Assembly: GCF_018977255.1 (NCBI RefSeq)
Contig: NW_024704743.1
Location: forward strand, 99,760,001 to 99,824,000
Length of the DNA stretch: 64,000 nucleotides
Direction of reading: 5' to 3'
DNA from: Callorhinchus milii
Taxonomy: Eukaryota
Every line of letters begins with the position of its first letter. The stretch's first letter is position 1. Shown piece by piece: positions 1-13,434 of this stretch. A program made the position numbers and the translations under genes. The notes under the pieces were generated by a model. The model worked only from the letters and a program-made list of their open reading frames with translations. It was not told where the DNA came from and did not search any database.

Positions 1-2199
1 ATCATGGACAAGTTGAGCTGAATAGCCTGTTTCCATGTCATATCACTCTAGCTAACTCTAATGTGACCGAGACTTCAACTTTCCTCCAAACCCAGTTCAC
101 CAATATGTATGCTCAACTATTAATACCCAGACCATGATTTCAATAGTAGTTAGAACCCAGTGCAGTGCATGCTCATGTATTTCTTTGACTTCATTGAAGA
201 AGCAGCTTGTTGCTAGTATGGAAAAATGTTAGGGTGGTATTCTGGGTGGATGAGATTAAATGGACCGAAGGGCCTTCTTTATCTCAAACTCTCTTGTCTC
301 TTGACCGATGAACATGTAAAACACTTACAAAGATAAGGGCTTTGTAAGTTTTAATTGGTCTGCTTTCAACATCTGGAGCTCCTGCACAACACTCAGCTGC
401 TGTAATGTAAACTCAAATTGATGTAAATGATTGTTACTGCCTGTGACTTTAATGAGCTATGAATCACAGAATTTTGTCATCTTAAAAATGTGCGTGCCGT
501 TAGTTTGAGTGATAGGTAACAAGTGTCTCTGAGGATTCAAACCATTTGGTGTGCAATAAAGCCGTCATAAGATGTCTCACTGAATCAGTCACAAGAATTT
601 GCTACTGTTTCTTCTTGAGGATGTTGTTTTGTGCAAATTAAGTTTCTATTGATTTTGTTTCCACAGAAGTTTACAAAAATTGTTCCAAATATTGAACTGA
701 GTATCTAATCTATCTGAAATTACATATTGATAATGATTATTATTTTTCACAGTAACTTTGCTAACTATTGTTTTTCTTTTATCTTTCTTTGATATTACAA
801 TTACCGGCATTTAAAGTTATGGGCTAATCATTAGTGCTGTATTTTGTTGCTATTTATATTTTAACTGGTTTATTTATGGCTACACTTACACTCACTTCAT
901 CAGTCTCATTGTCAAATAATTTTTTTTCTCAGCTGTTGACTGAATTTTGCGATCATCTAATGTTGTGATGAGTGATTAATAATGCTGGAGAACTAATTAT
1001 TTTGTAACTTGGGACAGGAATAATCATTCATACATCATGAATAATGTAGCTAAAATAATCCTGCTAGTTTGTTTACTCCAATCCCTCAGTGGCATGTTAC
1101 ATTTCAGCTTTTGAAGAGTGTCAGCGTATTGTTTTAATTCTCTTATCCTTTAAGAATCTGGTTTGAGTTCCCACAACTTGATCTTCAGACACAGACTGAT
1201 TTCATGCCGCAGAATGTTAACAACAGGCTGAATCTTAGTGTCCTCAGATCAATTTTTGGTTGGAAAGACTGCAGTGAAAAAGTGCTGTACAGTTCAGGGC
1301 CCTGCTAAAAGCAGAGAAAATGAGACAAGTTAGTGGTAAACCTATGGATAATAGGAGGAATGAAAGGAAGTTGGAAGTAGGGAGTTCCTCAGTTTGAGGT
1401 CCTAGGAAAGAATGAGTTAGAAAAGGACATGATATTTTGAGTTTTGATTTTAATAATAATTTGTGCCTTTTTATTTAGATCACATTTTATTACATTGGAT
1501 TGTCTCAAAACACGTCATAAGTGCCTGCTGCCAAGTGTAGTGACTGTATTTGTAGGCAAGTAGTCTTTTGTACCACCAAGCTCCCACAAAGTAATAATAA
1601 TAATTCTTGCAATTGTTATAAAAAACAAAACCAAGAAAGAACAATTCAAACGATCAAGGACTATGCTAGTATCAATAGCATTACAGAAAGACAAAAAGAG
1701 GTGGGACAGATGTGTGTTTAGAGACTACAAGTGAGAGACATGGAAAGACTTTTATGGAGAGATGATCAAAGAACTATTGAAGATGTGGGAGAATTGTTAA
1801 GGGTATTGGTCAGAATTGTATTTTATAAAGCTAAGAATTGTTGACTTGCATCTCATCCTCGCCAGGTTTCCACTGGTTCTCCAAGCAGACAGCCAATTTT
1901 CACACAGCAATGTCCCACAAGTAACCATAATGTGAATGACCAAATAGGGTCATGGGATCTTTAACATATACTTGAATAGGCTAATGGGACCTTGGTTTAA
2001 GCCACCGTCAATGCAGTAGCACCCTCTACCCTTCCTAGCACAACATTGAAGTGTCAGCTCCTAGATCGGGAGTTCAAAGACCCAAAGTGTTAACATTGGG
2101 AGGTTAGGAGAATTGTTTTTAGACAGTGTGGATGGGATATGAAATGTCCTGCTAAGCGTGATGTTTGATCACAAGACTGGTCTGGATGGAGAAAGCTTT

Positions 2200-2620
2200 T
2201 CAACTCATCCAATCGCATCCCTCCAGAACACCCACCTTACCAATCCCCAACTGCATCCAGCTGCTTTTTAAAGGAATCTAGTGTCATGACCTCTACCACC
2301 TTTCCTGGCAACCTGTTCCATTTAATTGCCCTTTCAGTAAAAAAAAACTTCCTGATATCTGTCTTGAAATTGACTTTTGCAACTCTAAAACCATGTCCTC
2401 TTATCTTGGTACATCCTAAAGTATTGATCTGGGTTTAAATTTTTCCCTCCTATTTAATCTTTTGTACCTCTACAAGGTCCTCTCTGAGTCCTCATCTCTC
2501 AAGACTGAAGACCCCTAGCTTGTCTAATTATTGCTCGTAGCTCATTCCTCTACCACTGAGGATCATCCTTGTTACTCTCCACTCCACCACCTCTAAGGCC
2601 TGGGCAACCCCACTGTGCCA
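2200..2620 (-). mobile_element. CR1 LINE 3' fragment
   Basis: Reverse-strand similarity to the CR1 ORF2 C-terminus and 3' end, as in 8500-9060. Confidence 0.6.
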
Positions 2621-3134
2621 CGATCAGTGACACAGAAATTCCCAGAAATTGTAGAGATTAGAAAATCATAAATTTTGTGTTTTTTAATAAGAGATCACGA
2701 AAAAAGCCATTTTCTAGCTAAGATTCCACCATTATATCTGAATAATTTAGACAAAGGGTAGTGATTCTATGTTTCATCCAGACCCCCAGGTGGGGCCACA
2801 CAATTGTTGGAAGCTGCATAATCTTAAAGGAATGCTCTGCCTACTTATCATTGTAGCATTGCATTTTAGTCAATGTAGAATATAGTTATTGGTCTTTTGG
2901 GGGTTAATTACAATCTGTTTGACTTTCTTACATTACTTTGCCCATTCTTCCAGTTTCTCCTTGCTGTTTGTAACATTGAATCAACTCCAATTACAATTAC
3001 TATGGAGTAATTGTATACTATTACTGACAATTTCTGAAGAAATCAGAATTCTTTAGGGTGCAGTGCCTCATTTATGATTTACAATTTTACTCTTTGTTGT
3101 GATTTGATCTTTTTTACTATAAATTGGCAAATTA

Positions 3135-3585
3135 AGTGTCATACTGGCTCAGTCAGTGTCACTCTCATCTCCGAGACAGAGGGTTGTAGGTTCAGACCCC
3201 ACATCAGGACTTTGAACTCATAAAGTTCAAAGTCCCGATGTGGGGTTTGAACCTACAACCCTCTAGGTATAGTGCTGGGAAAGCACTGCATTGTCCAAGT
3301 TACCATCCTTTAAATCAGATGTTTAACTGAGGCCCTGTCTGCCTGTTCAGGTGGATGTTAATCTCATGGCACTATTCAAAAGGAGAATGGAGCTTCCCCT
3401 GATGTCTTGGCCAACAATCCCCTAGGATAAAATTGGTCATTCACTTCATGGCTGTTCGTGGGACATTGCTATGCACACATTCACCTACAAAATACACAGT
3501 GATTCCTGTGAAGTGTTTTGAAGTGTCCTCCTGGTCTGAAAGGCACTATATCAAATGTAAGGATTATTACTAGTATTATTGTTTA
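3135..3585 (+). mobile_element. Older DeuSINE/SacSINE1-like SINE
   Basis: tRNA-like head (ctggctcagt...gttca) and central gaggccctgtctgcc..tcaggtggatgtta..catggcactatt domain with L2-like tail. Confidence 0.75.
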
Positions 3586-5937
3586 TTAATTAAGAGCCCA
3601 AACAGCACTGGTACTAAGGGAATACACGTCAAATAAGCCTGACAATGGTGTTGCTTCCATAGTAATATTTTGTTGGGGTCAAATTGATGTATTCTTAAAC
3701 ACAATCTACTTCTTATTTAAGGAATGCTAAAATGTATTTTGAAAGAACTCCAATTTCTGAGTAATGTAGCACCCAAATCTAGATGAAAGTCACAGGCAAT
3801 GCCATCTTGGATTCTTACTGAAAACCAGCATATTTTGAAGTAATAATCTATGCTGTATAATGGTCCTGCAGATGTAATGATAGCATATTATTACTGTTGG
3901 GCCTGACTGATGCTATTGGAACAAGCTTGGGTTTAGCAAAATTAGTTAACAGGAAAGGTTAATCTCAATTTCTACTATAGAATGTAGAGTCAATAAGCAT
4001 CTAATGGCAAAAGAAGGTGTCCCAGCTTTGCACATGCACTGTTATCCTGGGAATAAACGAGAATCACATTAATATCATTTTTGTGCTTTGCGATCACGAG
4101 GAACTGAATTGAAAGAACCCTTACAACCAGAAATAGAAGAGGTGTTAGCCTGACTCAGTTAGTGGCACTCTCATTTCCGAGACAGGGAATTGTAAGTTCT
4201 AATCCGACATTAGGTTTTGATCACATTGATCCACTTTGGATTCAAATTTAGTTCCCATTGGTAACTATCTAGCGTTTAACTCACTGTCCATCTCAGCCCT
4301 GTCCTAGTATTATTAGCTTCAAAAATGACATAAGGTTGAAACGTGGATCATCTACAAAATATACAGTCACTACACTTTTTAGTAAATCTTGGAAGTGCTT
4401 CAAACTGACTTGTTGATATGAAAGCCACTCTACCAAATTATCATTATTATTGTTTTTTTTAAAAACGTTTATGATGTGAGATAGTGCCCAAGTTGTTCTG
4501 TCACAGTGGTAGGTGTAGGTCAGTGGTTATCACTCACCTTCAGTCTCAATTCTGATGTCAGCCATGATACCAGGCAGAGACGCCATGCAGAGCAAGGGTA
4601 CTTCCCAATAGAGAGTTGAAGAGCATCAGAGTGAGTCATCCCATCTGCTTTTGCACAACTACCTGCCTTCCAGAGCAGTGTTGGCTGAGGTCTGCAGACA
4701 GATCAACTCTCTATCCTCTCAGTCCAGCATTGAGTGGGAGAAAACAAGGTTTCTTAAAAAATAAGCAGGCACTAAAAATGAACAAGTGAGAAGCCCAACG
4801 TATTGATTGCATACAGTATATTCGTCTGTACAATATGAAGTACAGCAGTGGTAAAGAACAAAATAGTTCTGTCAGAATGAATCAGGAATGACAATTAGCA
4901 ATGGGAATCACAGGTCTGAAACCACTGAGCTGTCTGTAAAAAGCTACATTCTCCAAAAATAGACCCCTCAGCCCTGCATTGAAGGAATTACATATTCTGT
5001 TACCTGGCAACCGTAGAGTCTCAGCATCGCTGAATGTTGAATGGCAAACTCCACATTAAAGTTTATATTGAGTTGGGAGGTGGTGGTTGGCCTTGGAAAT
5101 CAACCAAAGATTACTTATTAGCTATATTTTATATAGCTAATAAATCAATAATTCATCTAACGGTTTTAATGTTTGCCATTGCACATTCATCTCGCTTTCT
5201 GCAGCCTGCAGCGAGTGTGGTCTTTCAGATCTCTCAAGCGCTGGCATGAACAATAGCCAAATACAAGCCTTTTAACATTGAGGGAACTCTTCAGCAGGTA
5301 TACAAAGTTATACTAACTGACACAGCCTTGATATATCGACAGGAACCTGCAAGGGAACACCAGTCCTCACACAGTTAAAAAGCACTGTTGGATATCTGAA
5401 AGCTCAGGTGCGTCATGCAGTCTGAGGCAAATTTTTGTGTTGTTTTTCTTTGTTATAGCTTAAATGTGAAGGACAGTGTGGGGTTATCCTTGACAAATAA
5501 CATGCTGCGCTTGTATGGAGACATGGGTTTGTAAAATTCAATAAACCTAGCATTGAAGGCTTGTTCTTTTTATTTTCATTAAATGTCAGGAGTCATTGAA
5601 AAATTCCCTCCTCCTTACTTTTAATTATATTTCACCAGCGTAATGAACGGTTTAAAGACCATATCCTGATAGCATATTTTCTCATACTCTTGCTCCAGAT
5701 CTATACGTTTACAGTTGAAGAAAGAATAATTAATTTCACAGGTTTGCTTTGTAGATTACCCCAAAGGACTCCAGGAACATTTCAATACAATATCCGAAAT
5801 TCATTTTTTTTGTAGTTTAGATAAAACAAAGGCATACCTTCCACTTGGGTCTACATTTACTCCATTAAGATAGCATTTTAGAGTGTTCAGAATTTCACAC
5901 AATCTTTAAAAATTAGCCTTAATTTTCTCTGCGTGTT

Positions 5938-6185
5938 TCATAGAATCTTACAGCACAGAAGGAGGCCATTCGTCCCATCATGCCTATGCCAGCTCTTTGA
6001 AAGATTTATTCAACTAGTCCCACTCCCCCACTCTTATCCCATAGCCCTGCAATTTTTTTTCTTTTTCAGGCACCTATCCAATTCCCTTTTGAACTCTACT
6101 ATCAAATTTGCTTCCACCACCCATTCAGGCAATTCATTCCAGATCGTGACGACTCTCTGGGTAAAAAAAATGTCTCCTCTTCTCA
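5938..6185 (-). mobile_element. CR1 3'-end fragment
   Basis: catagaatcttacagcacagaaggaggccattc... is a reverse CR1-type tail. A related piece lies at 42253-42375. Confidence 0.6.
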
Positions 6186-6399
6186 AGAGTCTTTTAAGAA
6201 AAAACAGAAAACTGATTTCAAAGTTAAAAGTGAATATAACAATTTGCCAAGGACCAAAAGCTCTAAAGCATTATGTTAATAGAATAAATCCAAACCAAGG
6301 TAGAACATCACCCCATTCTTTCTGATCAACTATAAAAAGGCAAGGTTTGTAACTAAATTGACCTTCACTGTTATTGGGAAATATGTTCCAGGGCAAGAA

Positions 6400-6750
6400 G
6401 GTTTACAATTGGGAGCTTTCCTATGGGCCATTGAGCGCATTTCAAATCTCAGTTGCTCGACAGGTTGGAAAATGCAAACCACAACATTTCCAGACGTGGC
6501 AAAAGGGCAGAGGACCAGAGCTGTGAAGGGCAATGTTAGGACCTAAACCAGGGAGTATTTCTTTATACGGAGGGTAATTGTCAGCTGTCATGGGTTACCA
6601 GGAATCATAGTAGAATCCAGGATACTGAATTCATTTAAGAAATGATTTGATAATTTGAAATGCTGTCGTGAGATGAAGGTAAGGTTTGCATTTTGGAAAG
6701 TCGAGATCATTTGGGCCAAAAGGATTTCTTCAGCAGAACCTCTTGATTTG
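6400..6750 (+). mobile_element. Old CR1 3' fragment
   Basis: RTRGH..K/R..FF..RV-like coding remnant plus 3' hairpin region. Confidence 0.5.
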
Positions 6751-6973
6751 TTGGACATTTGAATGCAAGGGACAGAGGCATGTGTAAAAGAAACTGCCTG
6801 GAAACCTAGCCAAGCAGGAACAGCAGTGTGTAGGAGTCGCTCTGTAAAATTTTGTTACTAATATGATGTGCAGTGTTTTTGGATAAATGCAAAGTGTTGT
6901 ACTGTAGTGGTATATATATATAGTATATATAAGGACCCATATACTAACCTTTATATTAAACTAGATTGGCCAT

Positions 6974-7289
6974 TGGAGTCCTGTAGCTCAGTGATTAGAG
7001 CACTTGCTGTGCAAGAAAGAGACCTGGGTTCGATTCTCAGCAGGCGAAACCTTGAGCAAGTTTCCGTACTCCACATGCCTGATAATAATCCCTCAAGAAA
7101 AAAAACAATAATAATTTGGTCACTCAATCCACGATTGTTTGTGGGATGCTGCTGTGCACAATTGGCTGCCATGTTTCAGCCACAAATAGACAGTCAATTC
7201 ACATTACAGTACATTCTGTGAAGCGCTTTGTGACGTCTAGAAGACATGAAAAGCGCTATATCAAATGCAAGGATTATTATTATTATTAT
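6974..7289 (+). mobile_element. tRNA-derived SINE (short form)
   Basis: Same family, more diverged. It abuts the CR1 5' truncation. Confidence 0.85.
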
Positions 7290-9064
7290 GCTAGCAAAAG
7301 TAAATGTGGGTCCATTACAGGCAGAGACAGGAGGAATTATAATGGGGGATAAGGATATGGCAGAGTCCCTAAATAAATACGTTGCTTTTGTCTTCATGTT
7401 AGAAGACACAAGAAGTTTACCAGAAATAGAGATGAACCAAGAGGCTAATGATAGGGAGCAACTTAAGGAAATTTACATTAGCAAAGAATTGGTGCTAGGG
7501 AAATTGTTGGCATTAAAAAGTGACAAGTCCCCTGGACCTGATGGTCTGCAGCCTAGGGTATTAAAAGAGGTAGCTCATGAGATAGTGGAGGCCTTGGAAG
7601 ATCGCAAACGTCGCACCGCTATTTAATAAGGGTGGGAGAGAAAAGATGGTGAACTATAGACCAGTTAGTCTGACATCGGTGGTAGGGAAAATTCTAGAAT
7701 CCTTAAATAAGGATGTTGTAGTGGGATACTTAGAGGATCACAATATGGTTAGACAGAGTCAACATGGCTTTACAAAAAGGAAGTCATGCTTAACAAATCT
7801 TTTAGATTTTTTTGAGAACATGTCAAGTAGATTAGATAGGGGGGAATCAGTGGATGTAGTGTATTTAGATTTCCAAAAGGCATTCAATAAGGTGCCACAT
7901 AAAAGGTTGATTCACAAGATTAGGGCCCATGGAATCAAGGGGAATATATTAGCATGGATTGAAGAATTGAAGAATGGCTAACAGGAAGAAAACAAAGAAT
8001 AGGGATAAACGGGTTCTTCTCAGATTGGCGGGATGTGACTCGTGGAGTGCCACACGGGTCAGTACTTGTGCCTCAACTATTTACAATCTACATTAACGAT
8101 CTAGATGAGGACATCGAACTTAATATATCCAAATTTGCGAATGACACAAAACTAAGAGGGAGAGTAAACACTGAGGATGATATTTAAAAAATGCAACGAG
8201 ATATAGATAAGCTAGGTGAGTGGACAAATAGGTGGCAGATAGAGTATAATGTAAGTGTGAGGTCATCCACCTAGGTGGCAAAAACAGTTGAGCAGATTAT
8301 TTTTTAGAAGGGGAGAAACTAGATAGTGTTAGCATTCAGAGGGACTTGGGTGTACTTGTACACCAGGCACAAAAAGTTAGTTTGCAGGTACAGCAAACAA
8401 TTAGGAAGGCTAACGGTATGTTGGCATTTGTTACAAAAGGGTTAGAATATAAGAGTAGGAAAGTCTTGCTGCAAACTGAATAGGGCCCTGGTGAGACCGC
8501 ACCTAGAGTATTGTGTGCAGTTTTGATCTCTTTATTTAAGAAAGGATGTACTCGCCTTGGAGGCAGTACAACATAGATTCACTAGGTTGGTACCAAGGAA
8601 GACGGTTGTGAGGTATGAGGATAGGTTGAGCAATTTAAGCCTATATTCTCTATAATATAGAAGAATTAGAGGTGATCTTATAGAAACCTATAAGATTATT
8701 AAGGGGCACGACAGAGTAGATAGTGGGAGACTTTTTCCCCTGGTTGGAGAAACTATAACCAGTGGTCACAGTCTTAAAATTAGGGGTAAGCCCTTTCGCA
8801 CTGAGTTGAGGAAAGACTTCTTCACTCAGAGGGTAGTGAATTTATGGAATTCTCTACCCCAAAGGGTTATAGATGCTCAGTCTTTGAACATATTCAAGAC
8901 TGAGATTGATAGATTTCTTGTGGATAAAGGGATTAAGGGATATGGGGATAAGGCGGATAGGTGGAGTTAGAATAGATCAGCCTTGATCTTATTGAATGGC
9001 GGGGCAGGCTCGAGGGGCCGAATGGCCTACTCCTGTTCTTAATTCTTACGTTCTTATGTTCTTA
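7290..9064 (+). mobile_element. 5'-truncated CR1 LINE (RT region plus 3' end), inactive
   Basis: Broken ORF2 KSPGPDG..PRVLKE, NYRPVSLTSVVGK, QHGF..KSCLTNL, VDVVYLDFQKAF. Ends in (TTCTTAYG)-type terminal repeats. Confidence 0.95.
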
Positions 9065-9144
9065 TTGCCTCTCTAGTGGTACCCACTACAACCTAGAGAT
9101 AAAATGTCAGTGAATCTTTTGGTGCTTTATAATTGGGATATTAG

Positions 9145-10002
9145 GCAGCCCCGGGGCAGGTGGATGTTTCTCGAATCAACCTAGCCTGCGATGTCTTGGA
9201 TAATGAGGGGGAAGATGACGATGTGGGCAGTGAAATAAAGATCCTACGAGGGCACTGTGGACCAGTGTATGGCACAAAGTTTCTGTCGGATAGTTCAGGC
9301 CTTCTCTCTTGTTCAGAAGATGCAACAGTCCGCTACTGGAACCTGTGCAGTTTCACTAACACTGTTTTGTATCAAGGACATGCCTATCCAGTCTGGGACA
9401 TTGATATTAGTCCCTTAAGCCTTTATTTTGTAAGTGGATCACATGATCGGACAGCTAGACTTTGGGCACTGGACCGAACATACCCACTGCGCATTTATGC
9501 AGGTCACTTAGCAGATGTAGACTGTGTCAAGTTTCATCCCAACTCCAACTACATTGCCACAGGTTCAACAGATAAAACTGTAAGATTATGGAGTACGCAG
9601 CAAGGAAGTACTGTACGTCTCTTCACAGGACATCGTGGCCCTGTACTCTCATTGGCCTTTTCACCCAATGGAAAATACTTGGCTTCAGCAGGTGAAGACC
9701 AGCGACTGAAGATATGGGACCTTGCATCAGGCTCCTTATTTAAAGAGTTACGAGGACACACTGACAATGTAACTAGCTTGGCATTCAGTCCTGATAGTAG
9801 TTTGGTAGCTTCTGCATCTATTGACAATTCAGTTCGTATTTGGGATATTCGGAATACTTACTCCAATTCATCCCTGGATGGCTCTTCCAGTGAGCTGGTG
9901 GGTATATATACAGGACAGACCAGTAACCTTCTGAATGTGCAGTTTATGTCTTGCAATCTGGTTTTAGTTACTGGAGTTGCACAAGAAAAGAAAGAACAAT
10001 AA
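9145..10002 (+). CDS. TAF5L: Terminal coding exon of TAF5-like RNA polymerase II p300/CBP-associated factor-associated factor 65 kDa subunit 5L (WD40 repeats)
   Basis: Uninterrupted [14 protein letters not shown]...[11 protein letters not shown]...[10 protein letters not shown]...[30 protein letters not shown]... matches the TAF5L C-terminal WD40 region. There is no ATG. An in-frame TAG at 9142-9144 doubles as a candidate acceptor, and CAG at 9157-9159 is an alternative. Stop TAA at 10000-10002. Upstream exons were not found in the window. Confidence 0.95.
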   Translation, partial: AAPGQVDVSRINLACDVLDNEGEDDDVGSEIKILRGHCGPVYGTKFLSDSSGLLSCSEDATVRYWNLCSFTNTVLYQGHAYPVWDIDISPLSLYFVSGSHDRTARLWALDRTYPLRIYAGHLADVDCVKFHPNSNYIATGSTDKTVRLWSTQQGSTVRLFTGHRGPVLSLAFSPNGKYLASAGEDQRLKIWDLASGSLFKELRGHTDNVTSLAFSPDSSLVASASIDNSVRIWDIRNTYSNSSLDGSSSELVGIYTGQTSNLLNVQFMSCNLVLVTGVAQEKKEQ

Positions 10003-10333
10003 ACATAAGTGAACAACACTGGTATTATTTAGAAATGTACCTTGTAAGAGGACATGTCTCCAAGGTTGTAAAGGTTTGGCATACTACATCAATTGGATTT
10101 TGTCATGGCCATAAACACAATTGTTGCATTCACAATCCTCCCATTGTTTAGGTAAAAAAAACAATTTTGTGATGTACACAAGATAATTTCTTTTTTTTTA
10201 AAACCCCTTTCTCCCTTTTTTTGGCATTTGTCCAAGGTATCGTCAGAATTTTCTGAGTCGTTCAAAATGCTATGTGAGCTCTAAGAGTCCAGTTACAACT
10301 CTAAATTTTAGATGTATGAGTTCCCACAGTTAT

Positions 10334-10666
10334 TGTGGAGTCCTGTAGCTCAGTGGTTAGAGCACTCGCTTTGCAAGTGAGAGACCTGAGTTCAATTCCA
10401 GGCAGAGGGCGAAACCTTGGGCAAGTTTCCTTACTCCACACAGAGCCTAATAATAATCCCTTCAAAAACCAAAAACAATAATTAATTGGTCATTTTCAAT
10501 CTACGACTGTTTGTGGGACATTGCTGTGCGCAATTGGCTGCCGCGTTCGCCCACAAATATACAGTCAATTCACTTTGCAGTATGTTCTGTGAAGCGCTTT
10601 GGGACGTCCTCTCGACGTGAAAAGCGCTATATCAAATGCAAGGATTATTATTATTATTATTATTAT
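10334..10666 (+). mobile_element. Young tRNA-derived SINE (short form) with L2-type tail and (TTA)n end
   Basis: A-box tagctcagtggttagagca, B-box gagttcaattcc, body ggacattgctgtgcgcaattggctgccgcg, tail gcgctatatcaaatgcaagga(tta)n. Near-identical to other copies in the window. Confidence 0.92.
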
Positions 10667-11750
10667 AGGAGGCTAATCACATATCTATGATGTTAATAGC
10701 AGATAATTTGATTTATTTATTAATGGGATTCCTTTTAAAGGATTCAGAGTCAAGCAACTGGGACTCCTTCTCGTCATTGTACATAGGACATGCTGACACA
10801 TGGGACACCACTCTGACAAGATTTACTTCTGGAGCAAGTTCCTGCTGGTTGATAGTAATTTTAATAGGCTACAAATTAACGCCCACGTACAGTACTTCAG
10901 GTGATTTGAATGGATTCACTATTAAGGTATTAGTTGGGAATCTCAGTTGGGAACATTCTTGTGTCTGGGTCAGATGATTGTTGGTTAAAGTTCTGTGTGG
11001 TCACTTAAACTCATAATCTAGGGGAGCACTGAATTGTTTGAGGTACTATGCTTTAGAGGAGATATTAAACCAAAGTCCTATCTGCCTACTCAGGTGAACA
11101 TTGAAGATCCTAGGAAATTAATTGAAAAGAGAAGGGAGTATCTCCCAATGTCCGGGACAAGAATCCTCCATATAAATTGATTGTTCACTTCATGGCTGTT
11201 TGTGAGAAATTGCTGTGCACAAAATGGCTTCTGTATCAACCTTCAAACACAGTCACTACACTTGACAACAATTTCTTGCAAATTGTTTGAGGTTTAGGGG
11301 TTACTTGAAATGCAAGGATTGTTATTATATGCACTTCAGTCACTAGTGTCTGGCAGATGAGAAGATGACAATTGTCGAGTAATTATTGTGAACAAAAAGA
11401 ACATTACTTATTTGTTTGTGAGTGTGTGAGGGGAGGACAATTTTGTGTGAGAGATGTCTGTGTCTGGAAAATGTAAAGTCTGTCTAAGATAAACAGCATA
11501 TCAGGTATACTAATCATAGCACTTTGCAACTTTTCAACACTGTAGGCATGATATCAAATCCAAGAATAATTTATGAGTATGACTCATGCAGAGTTACGAT
11601 TCACTGCAGGACTGTGTTTTAGTCCAGTCTCATAAGACCACTGCCCTCATTGCAACAGCAGGATTCCATTTCCCGAACAAGTAGCCCCACTCAGTGAGAT
11701 TACTGAATAATACAGTATGTTACTGTATTGATACTGTGCAAATTCAACTT

Positions 11751-12061
11751 AATAATAATAATAATAATAATAATCTTTGCATTTGATATAGACTTTTTAC
11801 GTCGGGAGGACGTCCCATAGCGCTTCACAGAATATACTGTAAAGTGAATTGACTTTATATTTGTGGGCGAACGCGGCAGCCAATTGCGCACAGCAATGTC
11901 CCACAAACAGTCGTAGATTGAAAATGACCAATTTATTATTGTTTTGGTTTTGGAGGGATTATTATTAGGCGTGTGGAGTAAGGAAACTTGCCCAAGGTTT
12001 CGCCCTGCTCAAGTCTCTCACTTGCAAAGCGAGTGCTCTAACCACTGAGCTACAGGACTCC
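11751..12061 (-). mobile_element. Young tRNA-derived SINE (short form), B-box region deleted
   Basis: Reverse complement of the 10334 family. Confidence 0.9.
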
Positions 12062-13434
12062 ATTAGAACCCTCAGAGCTGGCAGAATGAAAAGACTTGCA
12101 TTTCATTGACTTTGATTGGATTCAAATCCAGTTTTCAATATATTCAGACCGTTTCAATCTGGTTAATAGAACTCTAAAACATTCAGAATTGAGAACCATG
12201 TTGGAATTAAATATCAGGCTCAGAAAGACGAATTATGTGAGAAATATTAGAGTGTGCCAAAGTAGATAGAGCAATACACGACATGTACTAACATACACTG
12301 GAATAGATATAATAATTATTATTATATAGTATTATGCTTGAGAATTCCTTCCATATATTTTTCCATGTTGCAAATCCTTACTTTTGATATGATTCCTTTT
12401 GTGTCAGGAGGTCATCTCAAAGGGCTTCATAGGATTTACTGTAAAGTGTAATGATAAATACTTTGTAAGCCAACACGGCAGCCAACTTGCACATAGTAAT
12501 GTCCCACAAACAGAAATTAAGTGAATGACCCTACAGTCATGTAAAAAATAGTCAAGCATTACAGCTTGATCACATGAACTGCAACACATGAAAGTACTAG
12601 ATAGGTGATGATACCTTTCTCATGTCTGTTTTTGTAGCAACGAGCTCTGGAGCTAATTTAGCAGCTTTAAACTGTTCAATTATAGTAATCAATCAGCACT
12701 ACAAAAAAAAATCTGATTCTATTTCATGAATTGATATTTTTAAATCTCTATCTAGTTGCCATTCTTAATCGCCAGGGCACAGATGAGAACATTTGAATAA
12801 ACAAATCCAGAAAGTGTTGTGATATAAATGGCAAAAATTATATTTGTGTTGACAATGACAGACCCAAATAATGTTGACTAACTCTTTACCTCTTAATATT
12901 CAGCAAATGCACCAGATTTTACTTAGAAAAGCTCATTTCTAAATGGTAACTATTACCGATTCCTGGGTTAATCATTCTGTAACAATTCTTGACATGATAC
13001 GAATAACAATGTAAAGCCTGCCTGCAGAAAGACCTGTGGAAATCATGGGGTCAATTTGTGATATTTCAAAAAAGGAACATGTTGTTAAATGGTGGAATTT
13101 CAGTTGATAATCACGGATCGGTTTTGGTCTCAACACCCCCTGTGACCGTGGGACAATGGTTTGCTTCCAAGAAGCTGGAGAAAATTGCCTTTATCTTAAA
13201 TTATCTTTATCTTAAATTAGCTCTTAGCAGTTGCAGTCAAAAATATTTAGAAGCTCGGAAGTTGTATACTGCCTTACTGGATGATGTTAAGTTAAGCTGA
13301 TATCTTGTTATTTTGTTATTTACTATCTTAGCGCCTTCGGACGTCCTCTTGATGTGAAATGTGTATAAAAAATACAATTTGCTGTTGTTATTGCTGTATT
13401 ATCAAATGCTCAAATATGTAATTCTCCATATCTC

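Noticed and set aside
7246..7981. ORFs with reverse-transcriptase motifs as host genes
   Set aside because: Fragments of a truncated CR1 with stops and frameshifts.
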